From Arenimonas sp. (lineage in GTDB: Bacteria; Pseudomonadota; Gammaproteobacteria; Xanthomonadales; Xanthomonadaceae): DNA of 64,000 nt. The notes under the pieces were generated by a model. The model did not search any database. It was not told the origin of the DNA and saw only the letters and a program-made list of their open reading frames with translations. The translations under genes and the position numbers were made by a program. Location: positions 23,670-87,669 of the forward strand of contig NZ_JAYSEG010000007.1 in assembly GCF_041913985.1 (NCBI RefSeq). Reading direction: 5' to 3'. Below, in pieces: positions 54,328-64,000 of this stretch. The stretch's first letter is position 1, and each line of letters begins with the position of its first letter.

Positions 54328-54788
54328 CAGGTGCCCTCCGCTTCGATTTCGAACGAGAACTCGAGCTGCTCCGGGCGGACCATCTGGTCGCCATCGGCGC
54401 GCAGCTGCATCACGAAGGTGTCTTCGAGCAGGTCGGTGGTGATCGGGCCGGAGTACACCAGCGTGCGCTCGCCGTCGCGCACCGCGCCGGCGAGCAGCAC
54501 GCCGCGGGTGGTCCAGCTGGCGAGAACGCGGCCCTGCGGCTGCGGCGCCAGCACGTGGTAGATGCGGGCGTTGCGGCCGCGCCAGGGCGAGACGTCCAGG
54601 CGCACCAGCACGGTGACCTGGCCGACGAGGTCGTCGGAGCCGCCCGGGGCCAGGTCTTCCCACTTCATGCGCACCAGCGGGCTGAGCACCTGACTGGCGC
54701 TGTCGTCCACGCGCTGGGCCTGGGCCATCGCCGGGAGCGGCGCGACCAGCGCGGCCAGCAGCAGGAGGAAGGCGAGGGCGCGGCTCAT
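54327..54788 (-). CDS. Secreted beta-rich hypothetical protein
   Basis: Signal peptide AMA-Q, ends LEFSFEIE; overlap-coupled to both neighbours. Confidence 0.75.
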   Translation of the reverse strand: MSRALAFLLLLAALVAPLPAMAQAQRVDDSASQVLSPLVRMKWEDLAPGGSDDLVGQVTVLVRLDVSPWRGRNARIYHVLAPQPQGRVLASWTTRGVLLAGAVRDGERTLVYSGPITTDLLEDTFVMQLRADGDQMVRPEQLEFSFEIEAEGT

Positions 54789-55423
54789 GGCGCGGTGAGG
54801 GTGTAGGTGATACGGGCGGTGTAGGTGCCGGCGCCGACGATCTGGCTGTTGGCGTAGCGGAAGCTCAGGCAGCTTTCGCGCCAGGTGTTGCGGAAGAAGT
54901 TGGTCTGCAGCGTCTGCTGGCCGCCCTGGAAGGTGCCGGCGAGGACCGGCTGGGTGGCGCCACCGTCGCCGTTGCCGCTGCTGGTCCAGCTGATCTCGGA
55001 GATGGGGATGGTGTCGCCGTTGGCATTGGTCAGCGTCGCCGGGGCGGTGACCGTCAGGATGGCGTCGAGGCTGCCGCCCTGGGCGTTGCCCGGGCGGCGG
55101 AAGAAGCCGCCGACATAGAGCTGGCCGGCGTTGCAGAACTGGTAGCCGTCCCAGTCACTGGTGGTGCGGCCGTTGGCCGCCATCGGCAGGGAGGTGCCGT
55201 TGCCGACCTGTGCCGCCGGCACCGTGACCGCGACGCGGGAGATGGCGCCGCCGGACAGCGGCGTGCCGCCATTGGAGTAGCGGCCGGAGAAACGGCCGTC
55301 GCCCACCCGGAGGTAGACCGCCCGGTCGCCGCTGTTGATGGTGACGATGTACGCATGCGCCTCGCCGGCCCCGGCCAGGGCGGCCAACAGGAGCACGGCG
55401 GTGGTCGCGCGGACAGGGGTCAT
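54785..55423 (-). CDS. Putative minor pilin subunit
   Basis: Signal peptide AHA-Y; one Cys pair; C-terminus FRYANSQIVGAGTYTARITYTLTAP; paralogous to the upstream subunit. Confidence 0.68.
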   Translation of the reverse strand: MTPVRATTAVLLLAALAGAGEAHAYIVTINSGDRAVYLRVGDGRFSGRYSNGGTPLSGGAISRVAVTVPAAQVGNGTSLPMAANGRTTSDWDGYQFCNAGQLYVGGFFRRPGNAQGGSLDAILTVTAPATLTNANGDTIPISEISWTSSGNGDGGATQPVLAGTFQGGQQTLQTNFFRNTWRESCLSFRYANSQIVGAGTYTARITYTLTAP

Positions 55424-55448
55424 GGGCGGGCGTGCAGGGGGTGGGGGT

Positions 55449-55476
55449 CGCGGGGCGGGCCTGGGCCCGCCCCGCG
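55449..55476. other. Intercistronic 12-bp GC hairpin without a U-tract (mRNA stabiliser or partial terminator)
   Basis: CGCGGGGCGGGC-CTGG-GCCCGCCCCGCG directly after the first pilin gene. Confidence 0.7.
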
Positions 55477-55496
55477 CATTCAACGCCGGGGCCCGG

Positions 55497-56072
55497 TTAC
55501 GGGTTCGAGGCGGTGAAGGTCACCGAGCCGGTGTAGGTACCGGCGCCGATGATGTCGGTGTTGCTGTAGGCGAAGGTCCAGTCGGCGCTGCGGTTGACGA
55601 CGCTGTTGCCGACGTTGGCGGTGATGGTCTCGGCGGCGCCGGTGGCACCGTCGACGATCGCCGGGACGTCCAGGGCGGCGTCGTCGGAAGTGGCGAGGAT
55701 CTCGGCCCAGGACAGGGTGTCGGGGCCGTTGCTCAGCGGGCCGGTGGTGGTGGCGTCGAGGCTGATGTCGCCGACGTTGCCCAGCAGGGAGACCGCGAGG
55801 GTGCCGTTGGAGGTGGCGGCGATGTCGGCGTCGTCGCCCATGGTGGCGGCCGGGACGTCGAAGCTCACCAGGTCCTGGGTGGCGCCGTTGCTGCCGACCT
55901 GGAAGCGGATGAAGCGGGGAACGTTGATCTCGAAGTCAACGGCGGCGTTGGCGGCGATGGCGCCGTTGCCGGTGACGAAATCGGACTCGGCCATGGCCGG
56001 GGTCATCGCGATCAGGCCGAGGGCCGCCACGCCGGTGAGGGCGAGGCCTCGGAAAGCACGGACGTTCTTCAT
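55497..56072 (-). CDS. Putative major pilin subunit
   Basis: Signal peptide AMA-E; Cys-free, acidic, Ala/Thr/Gly/Asn-rich; C-terminus FAYSNTDIIGAGTYTGSVTFTASNP; first gene of the operon. Confidence 0.7.
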   Translation of the reverse strand: MKNVRAFRGLALTGVAALGLIAMTPAMAESDFVTGNGAIAANAAVDFEINVPRFIRFQVGSNGATQDLVSFDVPAATMGDDADIAATSNGTLAVSLLGNVGDISLDATTTGPLSNGPDTLSWAEILATSDDAALDVPAIVDGATGAAETITANVGNSVVNRSADWTFAYSNTDIIGAGTYTGSVTFTASNP

Positions 56073-56183
56073 GAGCAGGTTTCCTAAGGTGTTGTTTGCA
56101 GGGTGAAACGACTGGATTGTTGGGTAGACATTCCGGGCCGGCTCACCGACCAGGGGCACGCAAACAGCGGGCAGGGAGTCAAA

Positions 56184-56199
56184 TGCATGAACCGTGCCA
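56184..56199 (-). promoter_or_regulatory. sigma54 (RpoN) -24/-12 promoter
   Basis: Minus strand TGGCACGGTTCATGCA: GG-N10-GC with a perfect TGGCACG. Confidence 0.8.
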
Positions 56200-56253
56200 A
56201 CCCGGGGGTTCAGGTCGGTGACGGGCGCGTAAACGCCGTGAATTGCGCACTAC

Positions 56254-56400
56254 GTCACAGTATGTGAAGGCCCGGGCCGACGCAAACCGGGGCGCTTACC
56301 GGCCGTCCGGCCGACGGGCGGCCGCTTTTCCGGGTCAGGCGGGGACGATGCGGGGCAGAATTGTGACGCGCAGCGTCACATTTCCGGGCGGCAGGTCACA
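56254..56400. promoter_or_regulatory. Candidate upstream activator sites
   Basis: Palindrome TGTGACGC-GCA-GCGTCACA (56362-56380), TCACA-GTA-TGTGA (56255-56267), extra GTCACA (56395-56400). Confidence 0.55.
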
Positions 56401-56437
56401 GTTTCGGCCGGGGAGGGGCCGGAGCGGCCCTTGGGGC

Positions 56438-57586
56438 TCAGCCCTTCCAGTGCTTGTGGCTGGGGTCCACCAGCATGTCCTGCAGGTCTTCCAGGCGCAG
56501 GCCGGCGGCGTCGCCACCCTGGGGCGCGGGGCCTTCCAGGCGCACCCGCAGCGACAGGTCGGTGCGGGAATCGGCGTTCTCCAGGGCCTCCTGGTAGGTG
56601 ATCTCGCCGGCGGCGTAGAGCTTGTACAGGGCCTGGTCGAAGGTCTGCATGCCCTGTTCGTTGCCCTGCTTCATGGCCTCGCGGATGGTGGCGATCTCGC
56701 CCTTCTCGATCAGGTCGGAGATGTAGGCCGAGGACAGCAGCAGTTCGATGGCCGGCACCCGCTTGGTCTTCACGCCCTTGAGCAGGCGCTGGCCGATGAC
56801 CGCCTTGAGGTTGAGCGACAGGTCGATCAGCAGCTGGTGGCGGGCCGTTTCCGGGAAGAAGTTGATGATGCGGTCGAGGGTCTGGTTGGCGTTGTTGGCG
56901 TGCAGCGTGGCCAGGCACAGGTGGCCGGTCTCGGCGTAGGCGATGGCGGCCTGCATGGTCTCGCGGTCGCGGATCTCGCCGATCATGATCACGTCCGGCG
57001 CCTCGCGCATGGCGTTCTTGAGCGCGTTGGCGTAGCTCTGCGTGTCCAGGCCGATCTCGCGCTGGTCCACCACCGACATCTTGTGCGTGTGCACGTATTC
57101 GATGGGTTCCTCGACGGTGAGGATGTGGCCGGTGCGGTTCTCGTTGCGGTAGTCGATCATCGAGGCCAGGGTGGTGGACTTGCCCGAGCCGGTGGAGCCG
57201 ACCACGAGCACCAGCCCGCGCGGCATCATGATGATTTCCTTGAGGATCTGCGGCAGGTTCAGGCTTTCGATCGACGGGATCTTGTTGGTGATGAAGCGCA
57301 CCGCCATGGCGATCTCGCCGCGCTGGCGGTAGACGTTCACGCGGAAGCGCCCCATCTCGCCCAGGGCGATGGCCAGGTTCATCTCCCAGTTCGCCTCGAA
57401 GTCCTTCATCTGCCGCTCGTTCATGACCGAATAGGCCATGTTCCGGACCTCTTCGCCGGTGAGCATCTGGTTGCCGATGTGCCGGGTGTGGCCCTCGATC
57501 TTGATGCTCGGCGGCGCGCCCGCGCTCAGGAACAGGTCCGAGGCGTTCTTCTGCGCCATCAGGCTGAGAAATGCGGTCAGTTCCAC
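56438..57586 (-). CDS. pilU: PilT/PilU family type IV pilus retraction ATPase (PilU-like)
   Basis: ASDLFLSAGAPP, RFRVN, GSTGSGKST, QREIGLDT, APDVIMIGEIRD, TLHANNANQTLDRIINFFP, GMQTFDQAL. Confidence 0.82.
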   Translation of the reverse strand: MELTAFLSLMAQKNASDLFLSAGAPPSIKIEGHTRHIGNQMLTGEEVRNMAYSVMNERQMKDFEANWEMNLAIALGEMGRFRVNVYRQRGEIAMAVRFITNKIPSIESLNLPQILKEIIMMPRGLVLVVGSTGSGKSTTLASMIDYRNENRTGHILTVEEPIEYVHTHKMSVVDQREIGLDTQSYANALKNAMREAPDVIMIGEIRDRETMQAAIAYAETGHLCLATLHANNANQTLDRIINFFPETARHQLLIDLSLNLKAVIGQRLLKGVKTKRVPAIELLLSSAYISDLIEKGEIATIREAMKQGNEQGMQTFDQALYKLYAAGEITYQEALENADSRTDLSLRVRLEGPAPQGGDAAGLRLEDLQDMLVDPSHKHWKG

Positions 57587-57650
57587 GAACGGCTCCCCGG
57601 TTGATCCCCTTGCCGCCGGACTATAGCCGAAGGCCGGCCGGCGTCTTCAT

Positions 57651-59540
57651 TCACACCTCGAGCGAGGCGAGGTCGCCCTTGGCCTCCAGCCAGGCCTTGC
57701 GGTCGCCGGCCCGCTTCTTGGCCAGCAGCAGGTCCATCAGGGCCCGGGTCTGCTCGGCGTCGTCCACGGTCAGCTGCACCAGCCGGCGGGTGTCGGGGTG
57801 GATGGTGGACTCGCGCAGCTGCGAGGGGTTCATCTCGCCCAGGCCCTTGAAGCGGGTGACGCTGACCTGGCCGCGGATCTTCTCGCGCTCGATCTTGTCG
57901 AGCAGCAGGCGCTTTTCCTCTTCGTCCAGGGCGTAGAACACCTGCTTGCCCACGTCCACGCGGAACAGCGGCGGCATGGCCACGAACACGTGCCCGGCCC
58001 GCACCAGCGCCGGGAAATGGCGCAGGAACAGGGCAGAGAGCAGGGTGGCGATGTGCAGGCCGTCGGAGTCGGCGTCGGCCAGGATGATGACCTTGCCGTA
58101 GCGCAGGCCGTCGATGGCCTCCACGCCCGGGTCGCAGCCGATGGCCACGGCCAGGTCGTGCACCTCGTTCGAGGCCAGCACGCCGCCCGATTCCACTTCC
58201 CAGGTATTCAGGATCTTGCCGCGCAGCGGCAGGATGGCCTGGAATTCCTTGTCGCGGGCCTGCTTGGCGCTGCCGCCGGCCGAGTCGCCTTCCACCAGGA
58301 ACAGCTCGGTGCGGCCCAGGTCCTGGCTGATGCAGTCGGCCAGCTTGCCGGGCAGGGCCGGGCCCTGGGTGATCTTCTTGCGGGTGACCTGCTTTTCGGT
58401 CTTCAGGCGCGCCGCGGCGCGATCGATGGCCAGCTGGGCGATCTGCAGGCCGGTTTCCACGTGCTGGTTGAGCCACAGCGAGAATGCGTCGTGCGCCGCG
58501 CCCTCGACGAAGGCGGCGGCCTGGCGCGAGCTCAGGCGTTCCTTGGTCTGGCCGCTGAACTGCGGGTCGGTCATCTTCAGGCTCAGCACGTAGCTCACGC
58601 GGTCCCAGACGTCCTCGGGCGCCAGCTTCACGCCGCGCGGCAGCAGGTTGCGGAAGTCGCAGAACTCGCGCAGCGCGTCGGTGAAGCCCGAGCGCAGGCC
58701 GTTCACGTGGGTGCCGCCCTGGGCGGTGGGGATGAGGTTGACGTAGCTTTCCTGCACCAGCTCGCCTTCCGGTACCCAGGCCACGGCCCAGTCCACCACC
58801 TCGGTGTCCTTGGACAGGTGGCCCACGAACAGTTCGGCCGGCAGCAGGTCGCGGCCCGCCAGTTCGCCGCGCAGGTAGTCGCGCAGGCCGTCCTGGTAGA
58901 ACCACTCGTTGCGCTCGCCACTGGCCTCGTCGAACAGCTTCACGGTCAGGCCGGGGCAGAGCACGGCCTTGGCGCGCAGCAGGTGGCGCAGGGCGCGCAC
59001 GGCGATCTTGGGCGTGTCGAAGTACTTCGGGTCCGGCCAGAAGCGCAGGCGGGTGCCGGTGTTGCGCTTGCCCACGGTGCCCACCACCTCGAGCGGCGAG
59101 CTGCGGTCGCCGTCGCGGAACTCCATGCGGTGTTCCTGGCCCTCGCGGCGGATCAGCACCTCGACCTTCTTCGACAGCGCGTTCACCACGCTCACGCCCA
59201 CGCCGTGCAGGCCGCCGGAGAAGGTGTAGTTCTTGCCGCTGAACTTGCCGCCGGCGTGCAGGCGCGTGAGGATCAGCTCGACGCCGGGGATCTTCTCCTC
59301 GGGGTGGATGTCCACCGGCATGCCGCGGCCGTCGTCGGCCACCTCGACGCTGCCGTCGGCGTGCAGCACCACTTCCACCGTCTTCGCGTGGCCGGCCAGG
59401 GCCTCGTCCACCGAGTTGTCGATCACCTCCTGGGCCAGGTGGTTCGGGCGGGTGGTGTCGGTGTACATGCCGGGGCGGCGCTTGACCGGGTCCAGGCCCG
59501 AGAGCACTTCGATGTCGGCGGCGTTGTAGCGGGTGTTCAT
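57651..59540 (-). CDS. parE: DNA topoisomerase IV subunit B
   Basis: RPGMY, EVIDNSVDE, GGLHGVG, EGDSAGG, PLRGKILN, DADSDG, RFKGLGEM; 629 aa. Confidence 0.96.
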   Translation of the reverse strand: MNTRYNAADIEVLSGLDPVKRRPGMYTDTTRPNHLAQEVIDNSVDEALAGHAKTVEVVLHADGSVEVADDGRGMPVDIHPEEKIPGVELILTRLHAGGKFSGKNYTFSGGLHGVGVSVVNALSKKVEVLIRREGQEHRMEFRDGDRSSPLEVVGTVGKRNTGTRLRFWPDPKYFDTPKIAVRALRHLLRAKAVLCPGLTVKLFDEASGERNEWFYQDGLRDYLRGELAGRDLLPAELFVGHLSKDTEVVDWAVAWVPEGELVQESYVNLIPTAQGGTHVNGLRSGFTDALREFCDFRNLLPRGVKLAPEDVWDRVSYVLSLKMTDPQFSGQTKERLSSRQAAAFVEGAAHDAFSLWLNQHVETGLQIAQLAIDRAAARLKTEKQVTRKKITQGPALPGKLADCISQDLGRTELFLVEGDSAGGSAKQARDKEFQAILPLRGKILNTWEVESGGVLASNEVHDLAVAIGCDPGVEAIDGLRYGKVIILADADSDGLHIATLLSALFLRHFPALVRAGHVFVAMPPLFRVDVGKQVFYALDEEEKRLLLDKIEREKIRGQVSVTRFKGLGEMNPSQLRESTIHPDTRRLVQLTVDDAEQTRALMDLLLAKKRAGDRKAWLEAKGDLASLEV

Positions 59541-59658
59541 TCGGTTCCGGGGGCCTGCGGTTCGGGGGTGTCGGCGGGTCGCCCAGAATGGCGGGCCGCC
59601 CCGGTTCCATCAAGCCCGGCGCGTCGGCGCGCCCCGGGGCCGCGCAAGTGCTTGATAA

Positions 59659-63528
<3,870 letters not shown>

Positions 63529-63537
63529 GCCACGCCC

Positions 63538-63879
63538 TTGCGTCGCTGGTGGCTCTATGCCTTGCTCCTGCTGGCCTTCGCGGGCCTGCAGGCGAAGCTT
63601 TGGTGGGGCGACGGCGGCATGCGCGAGGCGCGCCAGCTTGAAGTGCGCGTCGAGGACCAGCGGCGCGAGAACGCCCGGCTGCAGCAGCGCAACGACGCGC
63701 TCTCGGCCGAGGTCGAGGACCTGAAGTCGGGCGAGGCCGCGGTCGAGGACCGCGCGCGCAGCGAGCTGGGCATGATCAAGCCCGGCGAAACCTTCTACCG
63801 CGTGGTCGAGCCCGCCGGGCCCGATGGCGCGCCGCCCACCGTGTCGGTGCCGCCGGTCGAGCAGGAGCCCCGTCCGTGA
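63538..63879 (+). CDS. ftsB: Cell division protein FtsB
   Basis: TM + LQ.KLWWGDG, coiled coil, [18 protein letters not shown]; eno-ftsB-ispD order. Confidence 0.94.
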   Translation: MRRWWLYALLLLAFAGLQAKLWWGDGGMREARQLEVRVEDQRRENARLQQRNDALSAEVEDLKSGEAAVEDRARSELGMIKPGETFYRVVEPAGPDGAPPTVSVPPVEQEPRP

Positions 63880-64000
63880 CCTGGGCGGTGGTGCCCGCCG
63901 CGGGCCGCGGCACCCGCTTCGGCGCCGAAACCCCCAAGCAATACCTGATGCTGGCCGGCCGCCCGGTCATCGAACACAGCCTGCGCGCCGTGCTCGACCA
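63876..64000 (+). CDS. ispD: MEP cytidylyltransferase (5' part)
   Basis: GTG start; [33 protein letters not shown]. Confidence 0.9.
   Translation, partial: MTWAVVPAAGRGTRFGAETPKQYLMLAGRPVIEHSLRAVLD

Noticed and set aside
56362-56380. Canonical CRP/Clp site
   Set aside because: TGTGA-TCACA spacing is 9 bp rather than 6; kept only as a generic activator palindrome

Overview
High-GC, gene-dense chromosomal window, most consistent with a Lysobacteraceae/Xanthomonadales bacterium (inferred from gene content and order). From left to right it contains: part of a histidine-utilisation cluster (hutI, hutF, hutU; hutG lies 44 kb further on) interrupted by a CaiB-type CoA-transferase and an orphan GspE/PilB-type ATPase; transport and metabolic genes; a c-di-GMP locus; two DEAD-box helicases; an M16 peptidase pair; a sigma54-preceded operon that looks like a non-canonical chaperone-usher-like pilus; and the core block pilU-parE / pyrG-kdsA-eno-ftsB-ispD. 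The most unusual feature is a 1.15-kb gene-free interval (12232-13379). It holds two diverged ~350-bp copies of a structured element in inverted orientation, whose 22-bp stems differ only by fully compensated substitutions, plus a third candidate sRNA with its own promoter and terminator. One transporter gene is frameshifted by a 7-bp tandem duplication. I saw no rRNA, tRNA, CRISPR array, transposase or integrase. All calls come from reading motifs by eye; no searches were run.
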